From a virus (taxonomy: Duplodnaviria; Caudoviricetes), in IMG/VR virus record IMGVR_UViG_3300033480_000006, positions 1-43,691 of that record: a stretch of DNA of 43,691 nucleotides; one strand, written 5' to 3'. The notes beneath the pieces were generated by a model, which saw only the letters and a program-made list of their open reading frames with translations, was not told the origin of the DNA and made no database searches. The position numbers were made by a program, and so were the translations under genes. Below are positions 15,755 to 25,570 of the stretch, piece by piece. How positions within the stretch are numbered: position 1 is the stretch's first letter; each line of letters begins with the position of its first letter.

Positions 15755-18700
15755 CTATTTCGGCTGTAGGAGCTCACGCAGCCGGGCACTGCGGGTCTGG
15801 ATCTCTTGCTTCAGCTGCTCGGGCGTGAACACCTGACTCTTGGCGAATTGCCGGCCCGCCTCCAGGGCGTCCTGCATGATCTGGCGCTGCACGAGATCCG
15901 GGGTGCTATCCCAGCGCGCGCTGTTCACCACCGGCTCGACAATCCGGTAGGCCAGTTCACCGGCATCCCGTGCGAATTGGGTCTTCTGCTCGGGGGTGAG
16001 TTCGACCATACCAACACGCCCCGCGCTGATACCCACGTCTACGGTCTTGGGGGGCTTGGCCGCGCCCACACCCAGGCGCGCGGCCTCGTTGCGCACTTTG
16101 TCCTCAGATTGCTTCGTGACCTTGACCGGCGCGATGAACAGCGGCCGCTCGACTTCCGGCACTTCCTGGCCCCATGCATCCAGCCGGGGCTGGTTCAGCT
16201 CGCGCGCGCCGGGGACCTTCATACGGATAGAGTCCAGCGTGCCGTAGACCTCGCGCTGGTACGGGTCCTTCAACGCAGCGATTTGGCCCAGCATGCCGGA
16301 TGCTGGCACCAGACTGCCGGCTGTGGTGTTGATCCACCTAGCCAGCGAATTCTCGTCGTCCAGGGCCTTCAGCACATTGGTGATGCCCGCCAGCATGGTC
16401 TGGTTGGTGATGGCGTTCTTGAAGGTGAGCATGCCCATCTTGCCCAGCTTGTACTGCTCCTCCGGCTCCATGTAGTCGCGCATCTGCACCGTGTCTGCGG
16501 CCATGCCCAGCATGGTGCCGACTGTAGGTGCCAGCCGCACCAGTGGAATGTAGGCACCGTCGCTGGTCTTGTACGAATACGGTTGCCAACCCGACTGCAT
16601 CTGCACCGCGCGTTTCTTGGGATCGGGGTCCCCATAGCCGGTGATCTTGCCCTGGCTGGCCAGCAGCACCGCGCCAGTCCAGAGCGCCGTGCCTACTGCC
16701 ATCTCAGTTACGGCCTTGTCGCGCGCCGCGCCGCCCTTGGCAACGTCCGCGCGCCAACCCTCCACCAGCGGAGCGAAGGGGCTATTGCGGAACGTTTCCT
16801 TCATGATGTTGGCCGGCGTCTGTTGGAACGGCACCACAAACCGACCGATCTTGGAAGCGTCCGCGAAGGCCGCGAATTTCTTGCCCAGTTCGCCCATGGG
16901 AGTGGCGAACACGGCACGCTCGCCGGCCTTGTTGGCTGCCTCGAACATGGCGTCAGTGGGGTTCTCGACCCGGGATTTCACCTCGCGGAAGAAATCCATC
17001 GTGCCCGGCTCGTGGCCCTGCTTGATCGCGTCCTTCGTGGCCAGCGAGTACATTTCGCCCTGCTCGGTGAGTGTACGGAACATGGCATCGAGCATGCTAT
17101 TGGTGCCGTACACCGCCTTGGTGAACTTTCCGACCACGCCAGTGTTCACCACGGGGCCCGGGGCCGCTTCCTGCCCGGCCTCCCAGGCAGCCAACGCCGG
17201 GCCTTTCCAGCCGTCGTTCTTGATCGCGCGCGCGCCGGCCTGCACCATGCTCATGGGCGCCACGATCATCGAGCCATACCAGCGCGCGGCCACCTCGGTG
17301 GCGGTCACTCGATCCGGGGAGCGCGTGATCGCCCCCACCAGTGCGGCGCCGGGCTCCACCAGGAAATTGCGCTGGGCCAGAAAAGCGGTGTTGCCGGCCA
17401 CGTTGTAGCCCACCGTCAGAAAACCCGACATCAGGCTGGCGCGGTAATACTCGATGAATTTTTGCCAGCTGGTGGCTTTACTGTACTCGTTGACCAGGCG
17501 GCCCAGCTGCTCTGGGGTCTGCGCGTCCCCCAGCATCTTCAGCAAGATATCCGGGTCCCGGCCGTACATCTCATAGAGTCGCGCGATGTCCGCGCCCTGG
17601 TCGCGCAGACTCTTGATCGCCTTCATCTGCTGCAGCGCCCGGCCGGCCTCGGCCGCGGCGCCAGTCAGCGACGCCTGGATCATCGACAGCTTGTGCACCG
17701 ACTGCAGCGCCTGGGCGCGCAGTTCCGGCGAGGCATCCGGGCCCGCCTTGCGCAAGGCCTCCAACCGCGCGCTGGTATCGAGCGTGGCCTGCATCAGTAG
17801 GTCGGAGCGAATCTTGATCTCCACATTGCTCACCGCATCGCCGCCCTCGCGGCCGGCCATGATGCGCTGGGCGTCCGGCCCCAGCATCTCGCCAAGCTGC
17901 GCGCGCGCATCCGCCGCCGTCTGCTCCCAGGTCTTCGTGCCGTTGCGCTGCGCATCGATCTCGCCGCGGTACACTTCGGACATGCGGGTCAGCAGCGCCT
18001 GGACATCCGCGGGGGCTTCAACGTAGCGCAGGTTCAACTGGTGCGACAATTTGGCCTGGGGCAGTTCAGCCATGGGCGAGTCCACCACCGTGCGCGCCTT
18101 GCCGCCGGGGAACGCTTCTTGTGCGGCCATGTCGGCGGCCTGTTTCTGGTAGGCGCGGGGAACGTCGTCCTCGCCCAGCAACTTCCTGAGCTCGGCCTCG
18201 GCAGCCAGGGCTTCGGCGCTCTTGGTCTTCGGCGCCAGATCGGCCTCGGTCAACCCCAGGTCTTGTGTCGGGCGCGCTTTGGCGCGCTGCTCGGGAGTAA
18301 ACGGAACGTCGGTGAGCTCAACCTTGTACGGCAGATCCGGGATTCCCAGCGCGCGGGCCGCAGCCAGCCGGTTGTTGCCGTCGGTGACGTAGGCCAGGCC
18401 GTCGGCCGTACTGACCGTGATGGTGATGGGGTCACGGACCCCGTTCTGTTCGATGTTCGCACGCAAAGCCGCCAGGTCTGTGGAACTGGGCGTCACCGTG
18501 CGGTCGACGTCTTTGGCCAGCCACGCCGTATCAGTGGCAATGCGGCCAGGTTTTGCCGGTTCCGCACCCGGGATGTCGAAGATGCTCAGGTCCATCGTCG
18601 CCGGGTCGATTTCCTGCACATGGACGCCCTGTTTTTTCATCTCGGCGCGCAGCGTGGCCTCGGCTTCGGTCCCGCGCACCAGATCCTGAATGATGGTGGG

Positions 18701-19555
18701 GTCGCCGGCCGCGTCGCCCAGCACTTCGGCCGGGATCTTGCCCGTCTTTTCGTACACCTTGGTCAACCGGTTGGCGATGGCGGGGGCCGAAGTCACTGCC
18801 TTGAACCCGGCCACAATCGTGGCCGCGTCAACGAACTCATGCGTCTCAGGCAGGCGACCTTCCAGGGCCGCGGGCACGATAGCCGCGGTACCGATCTCAG
18901 CCGCGATGGTTCCGCCTACCTTGGCCGCGGTGGATGACGTAACTTTGCCGATGAGCGGGCCGGCCACCTTGCCCACGCCGCCCAGGGCTGCGCCGACCAC
19001 CGCCTCTTTGCCAGCTTGCTTCTGCACTTCCGAAGTGCCCGCATTCTGCAAAGCGATACCGATGCGGCTCATCCAGTCGGCCTTGGACGTAATTTGCCCA
19101 TCGCGGATGGCTTTGGCGTAGGATTCCCGGATGACTGCGGGCAGGTACATGGCCCCCGCTCCCGCCCCTATCGCAGCCCCCGGTGGCCCTGCAGGGGAAC
19201 CAGCCGCAGCTCCCAACATGGCACCTGCGATACCTTCCGGTGCCTCGTGGAACATGGTGGCGATGTTGGCCGCCCAACGCTCGTGCCACGGGTTCTCGTG
19301 CGCGTCAATGACCACATTCGGTAGCGCGTTGCGATCGATCAGCCCGGCCAAAGAGCGTTGGTAACCCGCCTCCCAGGCCTGGCCAAGGCCCTTGGCCCGC
19401 TTCGGCTGATCCAGCGCTGGCGCAACGCCCAGGTACTGCGTCACTTCCTGCGTGCTGAACCCGGCCTCAGTCAGCGCTTTTGCCTTGTCCCCGACGAACG
19501 CACCGATCTCGGCATCATCGAAGCCCGCGGCTTTCAGATCATCTACAGCGGCCAT
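15755..19555 (-). CDS. Large internal virion / DNA-ejection protein containing a ParB/Srx-like domain
   Basis: 1266 aa, Ala-rich and helical, at the T7 gp16-equivalent position; IEQNGVRDPITI...VTDGNNRLAAARALG insert. Confidence 0.8.
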   Translation of the reverse strand: MAAVDDLKAAGFDDAEIGAFVGDKAKALTEAGFSTQEVTQYLGVAPALDQPKRAKGLGQAWEAGYQRSLAGLIDRNALPNVVIDAHENPWHERWAANIATMFHEAPEGIAGAMLGAAAGSPAGPPGAAIGAGAGAMYLPAVIRESYAKAIRDGQITSKADWMSRIGIALQNAGTSEVQKQAGKEAVVGAALGGVGKVAGPLIGKVTSSTAAKVGGTIAAEIGTAAIVPAALEGRLPETHEFVDAATIVAGFKAVTSAPAIANRLTKVYEKTGKIPAEVLGDAAGDPTIIQDLVRGTEAEATLRAEMKKQGVHVQEIDPATMDLSIFDIPGAEPAKPGRIATDTAWLAKDVDRTVTPSSTDLAALRANIEQNGVRDPITITVSTADGLAYVTDGNNRLAAARALGIPDLPYKVELTDVPFTPEQRAKARPTQDLGLTEADLAPKTKSAEALAAEAELRKLLGEDDVPRAYQKQAADMAAQEAFPGGKARTVVDSPMAELPQAKLSHQLNLRYVEAPADVQALLTRMSEVYRGEIDAQRNGTKTWEQTAADARAQLGEMLGPDAQRIMAGREGGDAVSNVEIKIRSDLLMQATLDTSARLEALRKAGPDASPELRAQALQSVHKLSMIQASLTGAAAEAGRALQQMKAIKSLRDQGADIARLYEMYGRDPDILLKMLGDAQTPEQLGRLVNEYSKATSWQKFIEYYRASLMSGFLTVGYNVAGNTAFLAQRNFLVEPGAALVGAITRSPDRVTATEVAARWYGSMIVAPMSMVQAGARAIKNDGWKGPALAAWEAGQEAAPGPVVNTGVVGKFTKAVYGTNSMLDAMFRTLTEQGEMYSLATKDAIKQGHEPGTMDFFREVKSRVENPTDAMFEAANKAGERAVFATPMGELGKKFAAFADASKIGRFVVPFQQTPANIMKETFRNSPFAPLVEGWRADVAKGGAARDKAVTEMAVGTALWTGAVLLASQGKITGYGDPDPKKRAVQMQSGWQPYSYKTSDGAYIPLVRLAPTVGTMLGMAADTVQMRDYMEPEEQYKLGKMGMLTFKNAITNQTMLAGITNVLKALDDENSLARWINTTAGSLVPASGMLGQIAALKDPYQREVYGTLDSIRMKVPGARELNQPRLDAWGQEVPEVERPLFIAPVKVTKQSEDKVRNEAARLGVGAAKPPKTVDVGISAGRVGMVELTPEQKTQFARDAGELAYRIVEPVVNSARWDSTPDLVQRQIMQDALEAGRQFAKSQVFTPEQLKQEIQTRSARLRELLQPK

Positions 19556-21099
19556 TATTTACCCGTCCGCTTGAGGTAGTCGGCCGGGCTTTCCCCAGGC
19601 ATGCGCGGCGCGGCCGCCGGCGCCACGCGCTGTTGCGCTGCACTCGCGCCCATCGTGCTGGTGGCGTCATCCAGGTAGCTCTGCATGCGCCCGCCGCCCA
19701 GGAAATAGTCCCGGGAACCGGGGGTCAGCAGGTCTCGGGGGTTCTTGCCCGCCTGGCGGTATTCCTCGATCTTGGCGTCCAGGTCTGAATTGAACCGCTG
19801 CAGCGCGGCCGGGATGATGTCAGCGGATGCCCTAGACATGCCGCGCACCACGGCATCGGACAGCATAGCCTTCTCCACCGTGGCGCGAAACCGTCCCACC
19901 TCTTTCTGGAAGGGGGACTTGTCCGGGCTGCGCAGGTTATCCACCTCGCGCCGGATCATCTGCATCTCGGCCGTGGAAATCTTGCCCTGGCGGTAGGACT
20001 CCATGGCCGCGTCCATGCTGTAGGTTTTCTTGGGATCATCCTCACCCCGATACACGTCGGTCAACAGTCGACGCACCTCCGTAGGGTGTTGCTTCGACGC
20101 AACACCTTCGGAGCGTTCCCGCTCGAATCGGTACATGTAGTCCACCAGATGCTGCTTCTGGTTCGATTCCAGTGTCGGATCCGACATGATCTCGCGCGCG
20201 GTCGGCCGCGGTTGGTCCGTGGAGGGAGTGATGATGCGCGTGAGCATGCCGTTCATGACGCCTTCCTGCGCGTCTTTCTTCTGGCGCTCTTCCTCCATCC
20301 GCTGCCGGTTGGCGTCGGTGTCGTAGGCGCTCTTGTACTCGCGTGCCTGCTTGACCAGCTGGAACTGCTGATCAGCCGGCAGCGCGTCAAATGCGGCATC
20401 ACCGGTGCGCAACGGGCGCTCGGCCGCGCCGGGCTCCAGATCCTTGGGGTTGATGCGCGCCAGCAATTCATAGGGGTCGCGCTGGATCTGGCCCAGCACC
20501 GCCATGCGGTTCAGATAATCTTTGCCCTCCTGCACCCGCGCGGCTTTCCACGCCTGATCTACCCCAGGCAGCGAGTTGGTGTAGTCCACCAGCAATTGCA
20601 TCGACTGCGCGCGCTGAGTTGGGTCCTGGAACACCGTCTGCCCCAGAGCCTCTTGCTGCTGCACGGCATTGTTCTTGGCGCCCTCGGCGGCAAGCCGGGC
20701 TTGGGTGGCGATGCTGCGCTCGGTGAAGTCGGCCTGCATGTTGGCGGCCAGGGTGTTGAACACCTCCTGCCCGCGGCGGGTCTTGACCGTCTGCGCCAGC
20801 TTCTCGAAGTGCCCTCGCATGTCGTCCAGCAATCGGGGCGCGAAGGTCTGGTCTCCAGGCTGCGCCTGGTTGGCGCGATCGCGCAACTGCGTAGTCCACT
20901 CAGCCCGGGACTTGGCCATCTGGACCTGGACGTTGTTGACGTCGGCCTGCACTTCCTGCTGGTGGATGGCCTGGGCCATATCCATAGCGCCGCCGGCCAC
21001 GTTCATCAGCGCGGCGCCCGTCTGCGCGCCAAAATCCTCGGCGTCGGCCCGCGCGCCCTGGGCAGTGATCTGAGAGGTGTAGGGTTGAATCTGAGGCAT
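19555..21099 (-). CDS. Internal virion / ejection protein (gp15-like position)
   Basis: MPQIQPY start overlapping the upstream stop (TGATG); helical, Gln/Ala-rich. Confidence 0.75.
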   Translation of the reverse strand: MPQIQPYTSQITAQGARADAEDFGAQTGAALMNVAGGAMDMAQAIHQQEVQADVNNVQVQMAKSRAEWTTQLRDRANQAQPGDQTFAPRLLDDMRGHFEKLAQTVKTRRGQEVFNTLAANMQADFTERSIATQARLAAEGAKNNAVQQQEALGQTVFQDPTQRAQSMQLLVDYTNSLPGVDQAWKAARVQEGKDYLNRMAVLGQIQRDPYELLARINPKDLEPGAAERPLRTGDAAFDALPADQQFQLVKQAREYKSAYDTDANRQRMEEERQKKDAQEGVMNGMLTRIITPSTDQPRPTAREIMSDPTLESNQKQHLVDYMYRFERERSEGVASKQHPTEVRRLLTDVYRGEDDPKKTYSMDAAMESYRQGKISTAEMQMIRREVDNLRSPDKSPFQKEVGRFRATVEKAMLSDAVVRGMSRASADIIPAALQRFNSDLDAKIEEYRQAGKNPRDLLTPGSRDYFLGGGRMQSYLDDATSTMGASAAQQRVAPAAAPRMPGESPADYLKRTGK

Positions 21100-21581
21100 C
21101 ACGAACTCCAACCCGATGTGTAGACATCCATGTCCGAACCCGTGACCGTGCCGGTGTTGACCGCACCGCTTCCGCCGCCAGAAGGCGCGCCGTACATCGG
21201 GATTCCAGAGCCGAAGGCACTCAATCCTGCACCGAAGGCGTTGAGCACGCTGGACGTGCGATAGTTCTCAGCCTTCGCGCGATCCAGGTTGGACCGGCTT
21301 TCGTAGTTGAAGCGCAAGCTCAGTGAATCCAGCGCGGCCTGGCCCGCCGCGTCACCCAACACGTCGAGAGTGGACCCCTGCCCACCGACCACGCCGGCCG
21401 CGCCGTATGCCGCGCGCGCCCGACCCATGGAGCGCGCCGCTTCACGAGACTGCCGAGTGAGCGCCAGGCCCTTGGCGTAGTCGGTCATCTGCGCGTTGTA
21501 ATCGGCAGCGTTGGCCGCAGCCTGGCCTTGAGACCAGGCGCTGTACGCCTTGACTGCTGCAACCGCCGCGAGGAATGCCAT
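21099..21581 (-). CDS. Internal virion protein (gp14-like)
   Basis: Hydrophobic N-terminus, GQAAANAADYNAQ, RAAYGAAGV..GS.LDV motif. Confidence 0.75.
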   Translation of the reverse strand: MAFLAAVAAVKAYSAWSQGQAAANAADYNAQMTDYAKGLALTRQSREAARSMGRARAAYGAAGVVGGQGSTLDVLGDAAGQAALDSLSLRFNYESRSNLDRAKAENYRTSSVLNAFGAGLSAFGSGIPMYGAPSGGGSGAVNTGTVTGSDMDVYTSGWSS

Positions 21582-22007
21582 CTATTTCACCTTCGCGTAA
21601 ATGTAGGAATCCCCACCGTGGGCGTTGTACGCGCGCAACGGATTGGGGGTTTCACGCTGGAACCCGAGCAATTCGAGCCACCGGCAGCCCTGGCCAAACT
21701 CGGCGTCAACCTCTGCATCCACCCGGCGGTACGGCAACCCGTCCACCAGCCGACGCCCAAAGCGCGTGAGCGCAGTCATGTGGCGCCCGGCGTCGCGTGC
21801 CAGCACCGCCCACACCAGGGCCCGGGTGGGGTACAACTCCACCCAGCCCACGCACATGGCCGGCCGGCCGCCGAACAGCACCGTGAACGAATCGAGTTCT
21901 TCCAGATCCGCCAGGTGCTCGGGGCTGAAGAACTGGCGCGCGCTGGCCTGGGCGTCTTGCACGTCCAGCGCCAGCATGTGCTCCGACTTGAAGGCGACGA
22001 CATCCAT
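21582..22007 (-). CDS. GNAT-fold, T7 gp13-like virion assembly protein
   Basis: RRVDAEVDAEF..GCRWLELLGFQRE motif; lies directly after the nozzle gene. Confidence 0.75.
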   Translation of the reverse strand: MDVVAFKSEHMLALDVQDAQASARQFFSPEHLADLEELDSFTVLFGGRPAMCVGWVELYPTRALVWAVLARDAGRHMTALTRFGRRLVDGLPYRRVDAEVDAEFGQGCRWLELLGFQRETPNPLRAYNAHGGDSYIYAKVK

Positions 22008-24178
22008 CACCCACCATCCTGTGTATCTACCTGCACCTGCAGCATGAGGATGTTGCTGGGCAGCGGATCGCTTTGCCGCCAGGACAACTGTCCTTCCATG
22101 TCCCAGGTTCCGTCCACCGACCACCGTTTGTCACCGGTGAACAAGGGCACCGCGGCGTCCATGGCCGCGCTACTATCGCGGAAGGATTGCGGGTAGTAGG
22201 CGCTCGTGCTGTTGCTGAAGTAATTCAGCCCCACCGACTGGAAGAATCGCATGACCGAGCTGACCAACCGCTTGAGCTTACCTTGGGCCGGGCCATCCGC
22301 GCCGCCGGCCTCGATGCGCAGGGTCTTACCGTCACTGTTGTAGCCCAGGCCCACCTGGGCCTTTGTGACCGACCTGTTCAAGGTGATCAGCCCCGCGCCG
22401 TCAACGACGCAGGTAGGGTGCACGGCGCCATTTGCCAGAACGCTGACGGTTTGCCCGATGAGCCACGTCAGCCCCGAAATCGTGGTAGTGGCCACGCCAC
22501 TGTACTCCGCGCTGGAATCGACAAACACTCCATCTTCAAGGCTATCTCCGTCTTCCCACAGCTTCGTCATCACCTCGACGTATCGAACGGCTGCGCCGTT
22601 GACGTAACGCTTTACAATGACCCAAACTTCATCCCTATCCACGGACGGGGCGGGGATCGAGGCAACACTCTCCACCAGAGGGGCAACGGAGTGCCCCGAG
22701 TCAGAGTACCCACCCATCTGGTGTCGGTGCCAGCCACAGATATCCTGGTCTTTGTCGTAAGAGACTCCAACCAGTGTACCATCGATACGGCAAATCCAGA
22801 TGATCGGCTGTGGCGCCAATTGCACAGCCATCTGCTTGAGGCCGCCCTTGGTAAGGTGCTCCCCGATCAGTGAGATATCCTGGGCCTGGAACGTGTTGAG
22901 TTCGAACCGGTACGCCATCTCGCGCAACTTGCGCTTGGTGCGCTGCACAAACAGCAATGACTTGCCAACCCGAATCGGCGCGGCACTGGACGACCCGTAC
23001 GAAGTGGTGTTGCGCGCATTGACGTTGGTGGGCGTGATCGCCGTCTGGGCCGAGCTGGGCGCCACCACCCACTCACCACCGGCCGTACCGCACAACAGTC
23101 CGAACTCATCCGACACCATCCACTGGATCAGGTTCACCGTGTTGCTGTTGAGCGTGAACGACCAGGCATTGCTGTCCACCACCGTCCCGTCGGTTTCCGA
23201 CGGCGCGAAATTCTCGTAGTCACTGGTGTTGCTCGCGTCAATACGCGCGGGGAAAGCCGTGCACCCAGCATACGCCAGGCGATCCTGGTGAAACGTCACC
23301 GTACCCGGGTAGCCATTGGCCGTGCCCCACACGCCAAGCCGCCACACCGTGACCGCCGTCAGCCCCACCGCGGTAACCCAGTTCACCGTAACCTGCGTTG
23401 CGCTGGTGTAGCCCGTGATTGTCCCCCAACCCCAACTGGTGCCTGACTTCAGCCGGATCGCCCGACCCACGTCGCTGGCCACGAATAGGTTTGCCGACGC
23501 AGTGACTGTGGCCGCGCCCGGGCCCGCCACGTTGGATTGTAGGGTCGTGGTCGTCGTGTTCAGGTTGAGGTAGGGCCCGTCCGTGAACGTGATCGAGGCC
23601 AATTTCCAGTTCGTGGCACCGAATCGTTGCAACTTGCGGGGCACGTACAGCGGATGCGCAATGTACAGCACATCAGCGGACTGCGTGAAAGACAACGCCC
23701 ATATATCGGTAACGGCATAAGGAGTCGGGATTTCATATATCGTCCCGGTCTGAGCGTACCAATACGTGGCGTTGGGCGGCGCGTTGCCGGTGGTGTTGGC
23801 GATGCAGTAGTAAGTGACACCAGCGCTCGTCACCAAGTCGCCGATGACGTAGGCCGTGGCACCGTTGTATGCGGCCACGCCACTGGTCTGCAGCTGACCG
23901 TCGTTGGTGTAGAAGCGGGCGTAGTGATCGCCCAGCTCTAGCACGTAGGCCTGGGTAATGCTGAACTCGAAGCGCACCAGGCGCGCCTCGCCGCTGCTCT
24001 TGGTAGCCGCGACATACCGCGTGCCCGGCCGGCGGGTCAGGCCCCCCTGGGCCGTCGGGATGTAGTTGCTGCAGAGCTCCAGGCCGTTCTTGTACTTGGC
24101 GATGTCCGAGCGGCCCCAGGTCAGTGGGGACCATTCCCCGCTGTTGAAGTTGTTCTGGACGTGTGTGGCGCGAGGCAT
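22007..24178 (-). CDS. Tail nozzle (tail tubular protein B)
   Basis: QNNFNSGEWSP..GRSD, GGLTRRPGT, FHQDRL, GWHRH motifs; 723 aa. Confidence 0.9.
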   Translation of the reverse strand: MPRATHVQNNFNSGEWSPLTWGRSDIAKYKNGLELCSNYIPTAQGGLTRRPGTRYVAATKSSGEARLVRFEFSITQAYVLELGDHYARFYTNDGQLQTSGVAAYNGATAYVIGDLVTSAGVTYYCIANTTGNAPPNATYWYAQTGTIYEIPTPYAVTDIWALSFTQSADVLYIAHPLYVPRKLQRFGATNWKLASITFTDGPYLNLNTTTTTLQSNVAGPGAATVTASANLFVASDVGRAIRLKSGTSWGWGTITGYTSATQVTVNWVTAVGLTAVTVWRLGVWGTANGYPGTVTFHQDRLAYAGCTAFPARIDASNTSDYENFAPSETDGTVVDSNAWSFTLNSNTVNLIQWMVSDEFGLLCGTAGGEWVVAPSSAQTAITPTNVNARNTTSYGSSSAAPIRVGKSLLFVQRTKRKLREMAYRFELNTFQAQDISLIGEHLTKGGLKQMAVQLAPQPIIWICRIDGTLVGVSYDKDQDICGWHRHQMGGYSDSGHSVAPLVESVASIPAPSVDRDEVWVIVKRYVNGAAVRYVEVMTKLWEDGDSLEDGVFVDSSAEYSGVATTTISGLTWLIGQTVSVLANGAVHPTCVVDGAGLITLNRSVTKAQVGLGYNSDGKTLRIEAGGADGPAQGKLKRLVSSVMRFFQSVGLNYFSNSTSAYYPQSFRDSSAAMDAAVPLFTGDKRWSVDGTWDMEGQLSWRQSDPLPSNILMLQVQVDTQDGG

Positions 24179-24742
24179 TTACAACCTCGCCGTGATCCAG
24201 TCGTCCTCCGGCGGCTCGTCCGGCCCGCTCTCGAAAGCGTCTGCCAGGCGCGCGGCCGAAACCTCGGCCTTGTAGTCATCCTTCAGCGTGGACTTCTTGA
24301 CGTTCGAGGTCGTCAGCCGGTCGACCAACTTGATGGCCAGCGCCGTGGCGAACACCTCGTAGAAGGCCGAATCCCATTGCGCCACGTCCTCAATATCCGC
24401 CACATAGGCCAGATACAGCACGTTCCCGCCATTGGTCAGTATCTTGCGGCCTTCGATCTTCCAGTCCAGCTGCGCGTCATTGGGCCTGCGTACGCGCAAA
24501 CAATCGGTGGGCAGCGTGAACTGATAGTCGTAGTCGTGATCCGGCGCCGTAGCATCCGGAGCCAACGTGACCCGCTTGCTGGCGAAATTCCACGGGTACC
24601 GGCGCATCTCGGTGCGCCGCGTGCTGTCGTAGGCGCGAGAGCACTCGCGCGCTTCCGGGGAGTTGTCGGCCAGGCTTACGATGGCCGCCGCTCCCACCCG
24701 CTGAAGCGCGCTGTTGCAGGCGTCAACAGCGCTTTGTGCCAT
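24179..24742 (-). CDS. Tail adaptor (tail tubular protein A)
   Basis: VDACNSALQRVG, YPWNFASKR, YQFTLPTDCLR, WITARL. Confidence 0.88.
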   Translation of the reverse strand: MAQSAVDACNSALQRVGAAAIVSLADNSPEARECSRAYDSTRRTEMRRYPWNFASKRVTLAPDATAPDHDYDYQFTLPTDCLRVRRPNDAQLDWKIEGRKILTNGGNVLYLAYVADIEDVAQWDSAFYEVFATALAIKLVDRLTTSNVKKSTLKDDYKAEVSAARLADAFESGPDEPPEDDWITARL

Positions 24743-24747
24743 GCTTC

Positions 24748-25317
24748 TTACTCCGCGTCGATGACGAGCGTGATACCGAAGGTGTTGACCACGGCCGTCG
24801 GGGTCCAAGCGGCCAGCGCTCGCAGCACCGCGGTGAGCGTCAGGGTGGACCAGTCGGCAGTGCTGAACAGATACCCGCCCGGGTGCGACTGGTGCAACAC
24901 CGGTGTGGCATCCGGCTGCACGTAGTGCGCGGACACGCCTTGCCATTGCGAAGTGCCCGCGGCCACCGTACCCAGGGGACCTGTCCACCCAGCGTTCGAG
25001 AACACGAAGGCGCCGGCGGCCTTGATGCGAGTCGCCGCGGCAATCGGGTTCGTCACGTTGTCCCCCACGGCGGCGGGCGCCAGCCCGGTCGGAAACAGCA
25101 GCACTTCGAAATCGGACGCCGTGGTGACAACGTTGCCGGATGCAGCCGTCAGGTCAATTTCAGCCGCCAGGAGTCGGCCCTGCCGAAAACCAGTCAGGTC
25201 AAAAGTGGCACGCACAACCGAGGCGGCCGTGGCGCTGTTGCTCACCTCGTCGCCGGCGGCATACGCCGTGGCATCGGCCGGCCGCGCGATCGTGCTGCGA
25301 AGACGCATGATGGTCAT
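24748..25317 (-). CDS. Hypothetical virion structural protein
   Basis: AGGAG SD; RPADATAYAAGD N-terminus; beta-rich; in the head-tail block. Confidence 0.75.
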   Translation of the reverse strand: MTIMRLRSTIARPADATAYAAGDEVSNSATAASVVRATFDLTGFRQGRLLAAEIDLTAASGNVVTTASDFEVLLFPTGLAPAAVGDNVTNPIAAATRIKAAGAFVFSNAGWTGPLGTVAAGTSQWQGVSAHYVQPDATPVLHQSHPGGYLFSTADWSTLTLTAVLRALAAWTPTAVVNTFGITLVIDAE

Positions 25318-25326
25318 GGCGTCTCC

Positions 25327-25524
25327 TTAGGCGATGGGGCTGGTTTCGTTGCTGCTTTCCAGGTACAGCAGCAGGGCGCGCACGCCCAGGATCACGTCGA
25401 TCTTGTTGGTATAGATGGTGTCGGCCACACGCAACTCGATGGCCTCGCCGGAGGTGGCCGCGCCCTCGGTCACCTGATGGGGAAAGTGCTCGCCTTTGAC
25501 GACGGAGTAGAAACGGTCTGCCAT
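25327..25524 (-). CDS. Small hypothetical structural protein (65 aa)
   Basis: AGGAG SD; fills the gap after the terminator. Confidence 0.7.
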   Translation of the reverse strand: MADRFYSVVKGEHFPHQVTEGAATSGEAIELRVADTIYTNKIDVILGVRALLLYLESSNETSPIA

Positions 25525-25539
25525 GGAATGCTCCTAGGT

Positions 25540-25563
25540 AAAACCGGGGCCGAAGCCCCGGTT
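25540..25563 (-). terminator. Rho-independent terminator after capsid/cement genes
   Basis: Minus strand AACCGGGGC-TTCG-GCCCCGGTT followed by TT. Confidence 0.8.
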
Positions 25564-25570
25564 GATCTCG

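Noticed and set aside
15806-17800. Long + strand ORF (664 aa), and similar ones at 25562-27004, 30626-32377 and 42047-43330
   Set aside because: Antisense shadows of high-GC3 genes; no recognisable motifs and composition typical of reverse frames.
20158-20172. tRNA T-arm-like CTGG-TTCGATT-CCAG as a tRNA gene or att core
   Set aside because: Only a 4-bp stem with no acceptor or anticodon arms, lying antisense within an ejection-protein CDS.
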